From NCBI GenBank assembly GCA_001179505.1, contig CDMY01000283.1, positions 62,001 to 126,000 of the forward strand: DNA of 64,000 nt. Reading direction: 5' to 3'. The notes under the pieces are model-generated. The model was not told the DNA's origin. It made no database searches and was given only the letters and a program-made list of their open reading frames with translations. Every line of letters begins with the position of its first letter. Position 1 is the stretch's first letter. The DNA is from Vitrella brassicaformis CCMP3155. Lineage: Eukaryota; Protista; Chromerida. This document shows, in pieces, positions 26,178-38,110 of this stretch. The position numbers were made by a program, and so were the translations under genes.

Positions 26178-27310
26178 ATGGGAGGTCGTGCTCGCCGTTA
26201 TCGTCCTGACTGGCCCGAGTGTGATGGCCTGACGGTATGTCGTCATGAAGGTCGTCAAGGTATCAGTGGCGTGGCAGGTTGTCAAGGTATGTGAAGCGAG
26301 GGGAGGGAGGGTGATGAGGCAAGATCAGGGAAGGAGGAGGCATGTCGGCAGCCGTTCGTGTGGTCTTGATCTTTCGCAGTGGATAGCCAAGGAGCCGCCC
26401 ACGCCCACGGGCAGCACCACCGACACAAAGGTGCGCAGGGTGCCGCACACTTGCAGTCACACGCACACACAGATGCCTGCATGCCTGTCCCTGTCTGTGT
26501 GTGTGTGTGTGTGTGTATGTGTGCGCTCTGATCACAGGGTTCCAAGTTCAAGGACGCCGTGAGCACACGACACACCCACACTTGACGAATGGACATCTGA
26601 TGATGAATTGCTGCTGTGTGTGTCTAACAGGCGTTTCCTGCACTGCCTGGCAGCAAGGACGACACGAACTACACCGCGCCGCGAGACAAGGTATGCAGAA
26701 GTGGCACACTCGAAACCAGCAGACGTGTACACACATGTAACTGTCCACAGGGACTGTGGAACCGCATGTCCAAGAAGGTGCTGGAGCCTTTCTTCGAAGA
26801 AGCTGTTCGAGGCTCCTACAAAGACTACCAGGACCACCAGCAAGGTACGCACACCACTCGCCAGCACAGACGCCTGCANNNNNNNNNNNNNNNNNNNNNN
26901 NNNNNNNNNNNNNNNNNNNNNNNNNNNNNNNNNNNNNNNNNNNNNNNNNNNNNNNNNNNNNNNNNNNNNNNNNNNNNNNNNNNNNNNNNNNNNNNNNNNN
27001 NNNNNNNNNNNNNNNNNNNNNNNNNNNNNNNNNNNNNNNNNNNNNNNNNNNNNNNNNNNNNNNNNNNNNNNNNNNNNNNNNNNNNNNNNNNNNNNNNNNN
27101 NNNNNNNNNNNNNNNNNNNNNNNNNNNNNNNNNNNNNNNNNNNNNNNNNNNNNNNNNNNNNNNNNNNNNNNNNNNNNNCAAGGCACCAAAGAAGGTAGGC
27201 AGATGGGCACACACATCCACTCATTCACTCGTGTGCTTTCACGCTGAGTGTCGGTGTGTGTAGGTGTGGGTGCCGAAGGTGCCCAAGCCCGATGCCGCCA
27301 TGGCCACACA
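26178..27310 (+). pseudogene. Family A copy, frameshifted first exon, interrupted by gap
   Basis: ATG GGA GGT CGT GCT... is out of frame with the ...WQVVK donor; 26600-26878 and 27179-27540 are duplicated at 31080-31340 and 31840-32215. Confidence 0.55.
26879..27178. other. Assembly gap (300 N)
   Basis: Run of n. Confidence 0.99.
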
Positions 27311-27869
27311 GTAGGTGCACAAGACCGACGAACTCGTCTGTTTGCCCACCGGCCTGTTTGTCTGCAGGCCTGAAATCGCTGCTTACATTTTACATTTGAC
27401 CGACTGATGACGACCCCTTCAGCCGCACTGCCTTGCTGGCCGTTTGCACATCGAAGGTGAGCTGTCAAAATATTCTTCACTGATCAAGTCATGTGTAAGT
27501 GTCCCGTGTCTGCGTGTGCAGATGGATCGCCGTCTCCCTCTGACATCTCCCATGCGCCTACCTACTAAATCATCCATTCAGTCTGCCCCGGCGGCCCCAC
27601 AGGTACGGAAGTGAGGGAGACACAAAAGAGGTGATAATCAAGATTTGCTCATGTCTTTCTCTTTTCTCTGTTTGTCTCCGCATCTTTGGCCGCTTTGGCG
27701 GCCCCCGAGAGACGCCTCCTCGATCTACTGGCCCGCTACCCACTGACCAGCCCACGGCCTCCACTCGCAGCCCTGATGACGCTGCCAGATGGAGGCAGCG
27801 ATAAGGTACGCTGCCTGACGCGATGTGGGTACCCATCTGTGTGGTCCCATCTGTTCTGCGATCCTCAGG

Positions 27870-28500
27870 AGATTGCTCGTCTGCTACGGGAGAAGCTGCG
27901 CACCGAGCGGGAGGTGTGGGCCAAGAAGGAGGCCATGTTCGAGCAGGTAGGAGGGAGAGGGAAGGCGGGCCAATGGCTGCCAACAACCTCCGCTGCCCTG
28001 TCTTTCAGGAGCTGTTGCGTGTGTGCCGGGAGAACTCGGAGATCAACAAGGTAAGATCATCGACCTGAACACATGCCAATCTGGATGCCGTCTGGTGTGT
28101 GTGCGCAGGAGCTGAGGGCCGCCAAGCAAGACAACAACCAGCTACTCACGAAGCCAGCAGTCAAGGTAAGCGTGAGAGGAGTGACGGCTTCAATCATGCA
28201 TTTGTGTGTGGGGGTTTGGGTGTCAGACGACAGCGACCCTACCAGAGGGGAGCTGCGTGGCACTTCTCCCTCTACGCCTCCGCCCGTGCCGTCCATCTAT
28301 CCATCCACCCTGCCATCCATCATGGGAGGGAAGGCGGGCGGCAAGAAGAAACAGATGCGCGACAAGGCCGCCAAGAAGGTAAGCGAGGGAGGAAGATATG
28401 GGCGGGAGGCAGGGAGGGAGGCTGATTCACATTGGAGCGGACGCCTGTGTGTGGCTCCTGTTGGCATGCCTTTTTTCAGGCCGTAAGCTCCGACGCACCG
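27870..28500 (+). pseudogene. Family B coiled-coil gene fragment
   Basis: EIARLLREKLRTEREVWAKKEAMFEQ | ELLRVCRENSEINK | ELRAAKQDNNQLLTKPAVK. Confidence 0.55.
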
Positions 28501-28614
28501 TCAACGTCCAGCACCGCAAGTACCGCTAGCGCCATCGAGGTGCGCGAATCATGGGCTCCCCTGACGGCTTGTTGGGTACTCATTCGAATGTTCCCATGTG
28601 TGCTGCGACTCTCA

Positions 28615-29534
28615 GGAGTTGATCCGTCTGCTCAAGGACAAGCTGCGCACCGAGCGGGAGGAGTGGGCCAAGAAGGAGTAGACACTCGAGCAGGTAGGAG
28701 GGAGAGAGAAGGCGGGCTGATGGCTGCCAACACCCTCTGCTGCCCTGTCCTTCAGGAGATCCTGAAGCTGTGCCGCGTTAATTCAGAGTTGAAGCAGGTA
28801 AGATCATCGACATGAACACATGCCAATGTGAACGCCGTGTGGTGTGTGTGCAGGAGCTAAAGGCCATGAAGGACGACAATCAAAACCTGCTGGACAAAGT
28901 TCAAGTGTTGGTACGCGCCACCCACTCATTCACACATGAGCAGATCGACGTCCATTCATTCTACGTTTGTCTGTGGGTGTTGCTGTCATGCAGGTGCGTC
29001 CCGGCTACAACGCCAGCATCAACGGACCCAACAGCGAGGTAGGCGAACAGAATGAGAGGCGGCGGTACATCTACAAAGCACAATCTGATCTGCTTGGTCC
29101 GTGTGAACAGGCGTTCCCCGTGTTCAATCCGGCAGTCAAGTGCGAGCGCCTGCGCCATCAAGTATGTGTGGTGGTAGCAAAGATGTAAGTCTAAAGTGTG
29201 CAGGACATCTCCTTTGTCATTCCTTGTGTTGTGCAGGATCACCACTGTCGCCAGCCGCCCTACAAGTTCAATAAGTGCCCGTGACAGTCGGCGGCAGCCA
29301 TCGGTCAGCGAGACAGATAAAGAGAGAACCATTAGAACATTTCTGGTTTCTGTTTGCCTGTGCAGGCTGCCGCCTGACATACAGGGAGGAGCTCGAGGAC
29401 TTCTGGAGGGGTCGGTGCTTCAACTGCGAGCGGCTGGGCCATCATGGCAGTGTGTGCTGGCACCTCCCGGTCCCTCCCCATCTCCGCCACCCCCGGCCCC
29501 CTGCCCGCTTTGGGGGCTGGGGGAGCCCCTGTAA
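28615..29534 (+). pseudogene. Family B copy ending in a CCHC zinc knuckle, with nonsense codon
   Basis: ELIRLLKDKLRTEREEWAKKE* (TAG 28679), EILKLCRVNSELKQ, ELKAMKDDNQNLLDKVQ, VRPGYNASINGPNSE, and terminal ...FWRGRCFNCERLGHHGSVCWHLP (knuckle at 29416-29457). Confidence 0.6.
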
Positions 29535-29833
29535 GTCGCTTTGGGGCTTTGGTGGATGGCAAAAACATACACATACATACTTACAGGAGTACTTCTCTCT
29601 GTGGCTGGGTGGTGTGCAGATCGCTGGCTACATTTTATATTTTGATTGGCCGATGACGACGACTTGGACCGGACTGCCTTGCTGGCCGTTTGCACATCGA
29701 AGGTGAGCTGTCAAAAAATACTATACTATATAGCTGCATCCCTGCCTGCCTTATCCCTGCCCACAGCCAGCCACCGAGCGAGCCCTGCCCTCTCTCTCTC
29801 TCGTGCGTCCGTCCATCCATCCCTCCGTCCGCG

Positions 29834-31078
29834 ATGGGTGGTCGTGCTCGTGGTCGTGGTCGCCAGCAGCCGCCACCTCCCCAGTATCAGTGGCGGCAGG
29901 TCATGAAGGTATGTGAAGCGAGGGAGGGTGATGAGAAAAGATGATGGAAGGAGGAGGCATGTCGGGAGCCGTTCCTGCTGTCTTGATCTTTCGCAGGCCG
30001 TCCAGGAGCCGCTGTCCCCTACCGGCTGCACCAGCACCAGCACTAGCACTGAAGTGGAGGTGCGCAGAGTGCCGCACACTTGCATTCATGCGCACACGCC
30101 TGCATTCCTGTATGTGTGCGTGGGTGTGTGTGTCTGTGTGCTCTGATCACGCGGTTTCCAGTTCACGAAGGACAAGAAGGTGAGCACGACACACACACGC
30201 TTCACACGAATGGATGTCTGATGACTTTGTGGCTGTGTGTGTCTGACAGAAATTCCCGCTCCTGCCCGGCACCAACTACACGAAGGACATCAACACGATG
30301 CCGAAGGACAAGGTATGCAGAGGTGACACACTCGAAACCAACAGACGTGTACACACAAGCGATTGTGCACAGGGGAGATGAAACAAGCCGTAGAAGGCCG
30401 TCATGGAACCGCCCAAGCCGAAGTCGAGCACCAGGACCACCGACAAGGTACGCCAAGCGACACTCGCGTACACAGATGCCTCCATGGCTGTCCATGGCCA
30501 TGTGTGTGTATGTGTGTATGTGTGTGTGTCTGATGATTCCAGAGCGTCGAGGCCAAGGTAAAGCACACGCACACGGAAGTCTGACGATTCGCTGCTGTGA
30601 TGCATCGACGTGTGCACGTCTGTGCGTGTGTGTGCAGGCGTGTCCCAACAACCGCCACCCCGCGGCGGTCAGCTTCACCTTCTTCAAGGGGCGCAGCAAG
30701 GTGCGCAGGCAGCACACACACACACACGCATCCATCCAGCCACCACATTGTCTGCATATCTCTGTGTGCGCATATCAATGTGTTTTCAGTTCCAGAAATG
30801 TTTTTGGTGTGGTGAGTGTGGGCACGGCTACCTCGACTGGCTGGACTTCCACGCCAAACTCGCCGCTGCCAAGCCGAACAAAGTACGCAAAAACCAGACA
30901 CCCACACAAGATACGCGCACGCACCGACGCACACCCTTACATGCCCGACATGGATGTCTGTGTGTGCAGAATCCGTTCTGGATAATCAAGGCTCCTTCTG
31001 TGACGGCTCCCGTGCTGACCCTCAAGCCCGAGCCCGCCAGGCCCGAGCCTGCCAAGCCCGAGCCCGCCGAGCCCGGCT
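29834..31078 (+). pseudogene. Family A copy with nonsense codons and degenerate knuckle
   Basis: MGGRARGRGRQQPPPPQYQWRQVMK, KFPLLPG, exon 5 ggg aga TGA ... TAG, knuckle CFWCGECGHGYLDW (last Cys to Trp), NPFWIIKAP exon fused to a TG tract at about 31078. Confidence 0.7.
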
Positions 31079-31526
31079 GTGTGTGTCTGACAGACGTTTC
31101 CCACGCTGCCGGGCATCAAGGACGACACGAACTACACCGCGCCGCGAGACAAGGTATGCAGAAGTGGCACACTCGAAACCAGCAGACGTGTACACACATG
31201 TAACTGTCCACAGGGACTGTGGAACCGCATGTCCAAGAAGGTGCTGGAGCCTTTCTTCGAAGAAGCTGTTCGAGGCTCCTACAAAGACTACCAGGACCAC
31301 CAGCAAGGTACGCACACCACTCGCCAGCACAGACGCCTGCATGGATGTCCACCAATGTGTGTATGTGTGTGTGTGTGTGTGTGTGTATGTGTGTGTCTGA
31401 TTATTCAAGAGCGCTGAGGCGACGTCGTCTGGGGAGATAGCCGAGGCTGCCGCCAAGCCACAGAAAGTGCGCAAAGATCGGACATCCACACAAACAGACA
31501 CATCGACGCACACACCCTTACATGCC

Positions 31527-31826
31527 NNNNNNNNNNNNNNNNNNNNNNNNNNNNNNNNNNNNNNNNNNNNNNNNNNNNNNNNNNNNNNNNNNNNNNNNNN
31601 NNNNNNNNNNNNNNNNNNNNNNNNNNNNNNNNNNNNNNNNNNNNNNNNNNNNNNNNNNNNNNNNNNNNNNNNNNNNNNNNNNNNNNNNNNNNNNNNNNNN
31701 NNNNNNNNNNNNNNNNNNNNNNNNNNNNNNNNNNNNNNNNNNNNNNNNNNNNNNNNNNNNNNNNNNNNNNNNNNNNNNNNNNNNNNNNNNNNNNNNNNNN
31801 NNNNNNNNNNNNNNNNNNNNNNNNNN
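31527..31826. other. Assembly gap (300 N)
   Basis: Run of n. Confidence 0.99.
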
Positions 31827-32217
31827 CGTCAACCTCAAGCTCAAGGCACCAAAGAAGGTAGGCAGATGGGCACACACATCCACTCATTCACTCGTGTGCT
31901 TTCACGCTGAGTGTCGGTGTGTGTAGGTGTGGGTGTCGAAGGTGCCCAAGCCCGATGCCGCCATGGCCACACAGTAGGTGCACAAGACCGACGAACTCGT
32001 CTGTTTGCCCACCGGCCTGTTTGTCTGCAGGCCTGAAATCGCTGCTTACACTTTATATTTGACCGACTGATGACGACCCCTTCAGCCGCACTGCCTTGCT
32101 GGCCGTTTGCACATCGAAGGTGAGCTGTCAAAATATTCTTCACTGATCAAGTCATGTGTAAGTGTCCCGTGTCTGCGTGTGCAGATGGATCGCCGTCTCC
32201 CTCCGACATCGCCCATG

Positions 32218-32420
32218 CGGCCGCCAGCTCCTGCGCCCACACCACACGGCATTCAGATTGGCATGTGTTCAGGTCGATGATCTTACCTTGTTGATCTCCG
32301 AGTTCTCCCGGCACACACGCAACAGCTCCTGAAAGACAGGGCAGCGGAGGTTGTTGGCAGCCATTGGCCCGCCTTCCCTCTCCCTCCTACCTGCTCGAAC
32401 ATGGCCTCCTTCTTGGCCCA
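32218..32420 (-). repeat. Inverted ~200-bp fragment of family B
   Basis: Reverse complement of about 27917-28125 (tgggccaagaaggaggccatgttcgagcag...caggagctg). Confidence 0.9.
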
Positions 32421-33000
32421 TGGCTCGTGCTCCTCAGCGTCGTCAGCGTGGTCGTCCCCAGGCCACACCTCAGCGTCAAGAGTGGCGCAAAGTTGTCAAG
32501 GTACGTGAAGCGAGGGAGGGTGATGAGGGAGAGAATAGGGAAGGAGGAGACATGTCGAGAGAGCCGTTCCTGCGGTCTTGATCTTTCGCAGGCTATCAAG
32601 GAGGAGGAGCCGCTCACACCCACGGCCACCACGACCACAAGCACCGACACCGACACGGTGCGCAGAATGCCACACACTTGCAGTCACACGCACACAGATG
32701 CCTGTTCATGCCTGTCCACGTCTGTGTGTCTCTGTGTGTGTGTGTGTGTGTGTGCTCTGGTCACAGGGTTCCGACTTCGTCAAGGATGAGGTGAGTACGA
32801 CACACACACACAGTTGACGAACGGAGATCTGATGAGTTGTGGCTGTGTGTGTCTGACAGAACTATCCCATGTTGCCGGGCTCCCAGGACAACCCAGTGTT
32901 GAGCGCCGACATTGTATGCAGGAATGGCACACTCGAAACAAAAAGACGTGTACACACATGCGACTGTCCACAGGGCAAGTGGGAGCACCCCTTCAAGGCC
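32420..33000 (+). pseudogene. Family A 5' half, truncated in exon 5
   Basis: MARAPQRRQRGRP...EWRKVVK, AIKEEEPLTPT, GSDFVKDE, NYPMLPG, GKWEHPFK, then joined to the leader of the next copy. Confidence 0.6.
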
Positions 33001-33308
33001 GTATTGGGGAGCGCCTTTGGCACGCCCTGTGTGCCGCCCTTTTAGCAGCCAGCAGCCTGCCTCCCTGCCTTTCCGCCACTGCCTGCCTCCCTGCCTGCCT
33101 CCCTGCCTGCCTCCCTGCCTGCCTCCCGTGCCTCCCTGCCTGCTTGCCTGCTCGCCACCTGCCGCTGCGTCGAGGCGCAGCAGCCAGCCAGCAGCCAGCC
33201 AGCCAGCCAGGCAGCCAGCCTCGCTCTCTCTCTCTCCTCGGGCGCCCCTCTCTCGCCCTCTGCCATCCGTCCATCCATCCACCCATCCATCCATCCAGCC
33301 AGCCAGCC

Positions 33309-34976
33309 ATGGGACGTCATGGTCAACGTCATGGGCACTTTCCTCGTGGAAGTGGTCGTCAGCGATGCGAGAAGCACGTATGCGAAGCGAGGGAGGGTGA
33401 TGAGGGAAGATCAGGGAAGAAGGAGGCATGTCAAGAGCTGTCCCTGCGGTCTTGATCTGTCGCAGTGGGTCAAGAAGGACCCGCCGTCTCCGACGGCTAG
33501 CACCACTACCACCACCACCACCGACACCAAGGTGCGCAGAGTGCCACACACTTGCATTCACGCGCACACAGATGCCTGCATGCCTGTGCCTGTCTGTGTG
33601 TGTGTGTGTCTGTGTGTGTGTGTGTGCTCTGATTACGGGGTTTCCAGTTCGACAAGGACAAGGAGGTGAGCACGACACACACACACTTGGCGAAGGGACA
33701 TCTGATGAATTGTGGCTGTGTGTGTCTGACAGGCCTATCCCATGCTGCCGGGCACCAAAGTTGACGAGTTCATGACGCCGCCACGAGACAAGGTATGCAG
33801 AAGTGACACACCCGAAACCAACAGACGTGTGCACACATGCAACTGTGCACAGGGCAAGTGGAACAAGCCGTCGAAGGCCGTGTTCGAGGCTCCCACCAAG
33901 ACCGCCACCACCAAGACCACTGCCAAGACAAGCACCAAGGTACGCACAGTGACACTGACGGACACAGATGCCTCCATGGCTGTCTATGGCCATGTGTGTG
34001 TGTGTGTGTGTATGTGTGTATGTGTGTGTATATCTGATGATTCCACGACACCCAGGAGAACAAGGTAAAGCACACACACACACGGAAGTCCGGCGATTCG
34101 CTGCTGTGATACATCGAAGTGTGTCTATGCGTGTGTGTGCAGGAGTGCGGCCGCCACCACGAGTTGACCAAGTTGAACCTGGACAACAACTGCCGCCACA
34201 AGGTGCGCGGGCAGCACACACACACACACACACACGCATCCACCCAGCCACCACATTGCCTACATATCTCTGTGTGCGCATATCAATGTGTGCAGACGAT
34301 CAAGTGCTTCTGCTGCGGCCAACCAGGCCATCGATGGCAGCAGTGCCCCAAGCTCACCGATGCCGCCGAGGCCGCCAAGAATGTGCGCGAAGATCGGACA
34401 TCCACACACGCACCGACGCACACACCCTTACATGCCCGGCATGGCTTTCTGTGTCTGCAGGACCCGCGGTTCTACATAGTCCCTGCCCCGGGTGCGAAGA
34501 CCGCCCAGACCGCCCAGACGATGAAGCCCAACCACACGACGAAGCCCAAGCCGACCACACAGAAGGTGCGGACATGGACACACATCACACAGTCACTCAT
34601 TCATTTGCTTTCACATACTGTGTGTTGGTGTGTGTGTTCGAGGCTCCCACGAAGACCAAGACCACTGCCAAGACGAACAAGGTACGCCATGCTCCCCCAC
34701 TTCGCGCGGGACTGCCCGGCTCCTCCCCAGACCAAGGTGCGCAAAGATCGGACATCCACACACACACACCGACGCACACACCCTTACATGCCCGACATGG
34801 CTATTTGTGTGTTTGTGGCAGAACCCGTTTTGGATCATCACTGCGGAGGGAGTCGTCAACCTCAAGCTCAAGGCACCGAAGAAGGTAGACAGATGGGCAC
34901 ACACGTCCACTCATTCACTCCTTTTACGCTGTGTGTCGGTGTATGTGCGTAGAAGTGGATGCCCAAGAACGCCTAG
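33309..34976 (+). CDS. Apparently intact family A zinc-knuckle gene (11 exons, all phase 0)
   Basis: MGRHGQRHGHFPRGSGRQRCEKH | WVKKDPPSPT... | FDKDKE | AYPMLPGTK... | GKWNKPSKAVFEAPT... | ENK | ECGRHHELTKLNLDNNCRHK | TIKCFCCGQPGHRWQQCPKLTDAAEAAKN | DPRFYIVPAPG... | NPFWIITAEGVVNLKLKAPKK | KWMPKNA*; no stops in this path. Confidence 0.7.
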
Positions 34977-36419
34977 GCCCGACGCCGCCAAGGCCACGCA
35001 GTAGGTGCGCAGAGCAGACCGCCGAACTCGTCTGTATGCCCACCGGCCTGTTTGTCTACAGGCGGCCCATCGCTGCTTACATTTTATATTCGATGGGCAT
35101 ATTTTCCCCTCCGCCGCTTCGCATCATGTGTGAGCCGCCAAAGGACGCCGATCCATCGGTAGACACGTGTCTCTTGTGTTGACCTGTGCCGTCTCAGGAG
35201 AAGTGGCTCAACCACGAAAAGACTTGTCTTCTCTTCTCTCCTTTCTGTGGCTGGGTGGTATGCAGATCGCTGGCTACATTTTATATTTGACCGACGGATG
35301 ACGACCCCTTTAGCCGCACTGCCTTGCCCCGCCGTTTGCACAGCAAAGGTCAGCTGTCGAAGTATTCTGTACTGATCAAGTCATGTGTAAGTGTCCCGTG
35401 TCTGTGTGTGCAGATGGATGTCGCTGTCTCCCTCTTACATCTCCGATGCGCCTACCTACTTCATCCATTTGGTCTGCCCCCGGCGGCCCCACAGGTATGG
35501 AAGTGAGGGAGACACAAAAGAGGTGATAATCAAGATTTGCTCAGTTTATATTTGTCGGCATATCTTCGCTTCTTCGCAGTCATGTCTCTCGCCTCTGTCT
35601 CTCACCTCTTTCCGCCTATCCTATACTGCCCACCCCCACGCACTCCACCCCACCACACTACTTGTGCGTGTGTCGTCGAATGGATCGACGGGATGGCATT
35701 GGGCAGGATGGCGGGCTTTGCGTGACCTGATTGATTCTGTGGATGACTGACGGATGAATGGATGGATGCGGGAAGGCAGCAGGGAGGCAGGGAGGGAGGA
35801 AGGCCTGCTTTGCGCTTATCCCCATCTCACAGGGTGGGGACACAGACACACATGAGATAGATCGGTAGACAGACATATGGGTGGACGGGTGGATGGCATG
35901 CTTGGTGCAGTGAGGTCGCGATGAGTGAACCCTACCCTGTCGTTGACGCGTTGACTGATTGCCTGCCTGCCTCACACGCGCATTACAGCCAGACACACAC
36001 AGAGAGAGATAGATAGGGAGGGAGGGGCCGTACGTGCACACGCGTGTCGTGTTGGGTGCCTGTATGATATGATAGTTGAGCTGGACAGAGGGAGAGATCA
36101 CAACCCACCCACTGTGGACCTCTCACTCACTCAGACAGACACATGCTGCCTTCCCCGAAGCATCTGAATGACACCACATTTCACCACACACACAGACACA
36201 CATGACCACTCACTCTATCCACTGCCTGCCTTGTGGACACATGGATGGATGGATGGATGATGGATGGATGGCATGCCTTGTCTGCCCGTGAGTCGTCTGA
36301 CTGGCTTGGTGCAATGGCATGGGGTGGGGTGGCGTGAGGTGGTCGGTCTGTCGTGTCATTCATATGATGAGTGAACCCTACCCTGTCTGTTGACGCGTTG
36401 ACTGACTTACTTGATGACC

Positions 36420-36990
36420 CGCACAAGGTGGGCAGGCAGCACACACACATACGCATCCATCCAGCCACCACATCGTCTGCGTGTCTCTCTGCGCATATCA
36501 ATGTGTGTGCAGACGAAGAAGTGCTTCTGCTGCGGTCAACCGGGCCATGGCTGGCAGCAGTGCCCTAAGCTCACCGAGTTCGCTGCTGCTGCCAAAAACG
36601 TACACAAAGATCGGACATCCACACACACCCCGACGCACACACCCTTACATGCCGGACATGGCTATCTGTGTGTGCAGGATCCGCGTTTCTACATCGTTCC
36701 AGCACCCGTGGTCGCCACCCACACTAAAGAGCTCAAGCCGACCGCACAGAAGAAGGTGCGCAGATGGACACACACATCACACAGTCACTCATTCCACGCT
36801 TTGTGTGGGAATGTGTGTGCAGGTCTGGGTGCCCAAGATCCGCGCCAACTGCCCCCAGCTGCGCCGTGGGGACACAAGGGTGACAAGGGCCAAGACATGT
36901 CGATTCATAGGCCTGCTCATGTCTCATCGTTTTGTATTCGGTGTCCAGATCGCTGTTTACATTTTATATTCCGATCGACGTCTTGTTCCC
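36420..36990 (+). pseudogene. Family A 3' cassette fragment
   Basis: TKKCFCCGQPGHGWQQCPKL (36513) | DPRFYIVPAPVV | VWVPKIRANCPQL; the 5' exons are replaced by unrelated microsatellite-rich sequence. Confidence 0.6.
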
Positions 36991-37464
36991 ATCCCCACAG
37001 CAGCAGCTGTGTCTCACGAGTAGGTGCTGACATGCGATGATCGAATGGCGCTGATTCTTTCCTGTCTCTCTTTGCAGACCGCATTCAAGCTGATTATTTT
37101 GCCCAGCGATCCCAAATATCTTCAAGTGGAGGTTGTCCCAGGACTCCTTGTGCGGATCGCTGGCTACGTTTTATATCGGTGGCCGTGTCTCCGTGGCTCG
37201 ATCTGCACTTTGGATGGTACGAGTGAGACACTGCAGACACTGCTCATATGTCTCCAATCTGTATGTCGGTGCCGAATTTCTAGCTATACACACACACACC
37301 TTCACAGACCACACACAGTGTGTGTATGTGTGTGTGTCAGAACGTGATGAGGGCATCAAGGTGCCGGCTCCAGTCAAGGCTGAGACGTCGGTAGCCATCC
37401 ACACACAGAGAGAGAGAGGACTGTATGTGTATCGGAGACAAGCCTGCTATATCAGGACCTGCTC

Positions 37465-37870
37465 AACCGCTTCGATGATGACGAAGTCTTTCAAGAAGAT
37501 CCTCTACAAGAGGACGACCAAGGTACGCAATGACGGGGACTGCGGGAAAGGGACGAGGGAATTGGAGGAAGGCACTTCGGGGGCTTGTGTTTTTCTGCCT
37601 CTGTCCGTGGCGCAGGACGTGGCTGCGGTACTCGATGAGGACATGCCCGAGCCGGTGAGTGGAGCGTGGATGTAGGCCGCCTCACTCCTCATCAGTGTGC
37701 ATTCGACGGAACAGGAGATCAAGGTGAAGCGCAAGGAGCACTTGGACTGATTCGAGATGATGCTAAGGGCGATCAACGAGGAGCTTGACAGTCGAGAGGA
37801 GGCAGCCAAGGCGATGAGGAGCCCATCAAGGAAGAGCAGGAGGCCATCAAAAACGCCAAAACCCGCCAGG
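37465..37870 (+). pseudogene. Family C coiled-coil gene with nonsense codon
   Basis: MMTKSFKKILYKRTTK | DVAAVLDEDMPEP | EIKVKRKEHLD*FEMMLRAINEELDSREE. Confidence 0.5.
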
Positions 37871-38110
37871 TACTAAGCTATGATGCACCCGCTGTGATGA
37901 CTGCAGCACAAGGCGACGGCGTGCTAAGGCGACCAAGTTGCGAGAGGAAAAGGAAACGGAGAGGGTATAAAACAAAACCTGTAGCTTGTCGCATCTGAAA
38001 AGGTCAGTAGAACGAAGCCACTCAGCCGACTTAGTAACGCCTCTCTCTCTCTCTCTCTCTTTTCACGTGTGTGTGTGCAGCTGAGCAACCACTGGAACGT
38101 AAGTATACAC

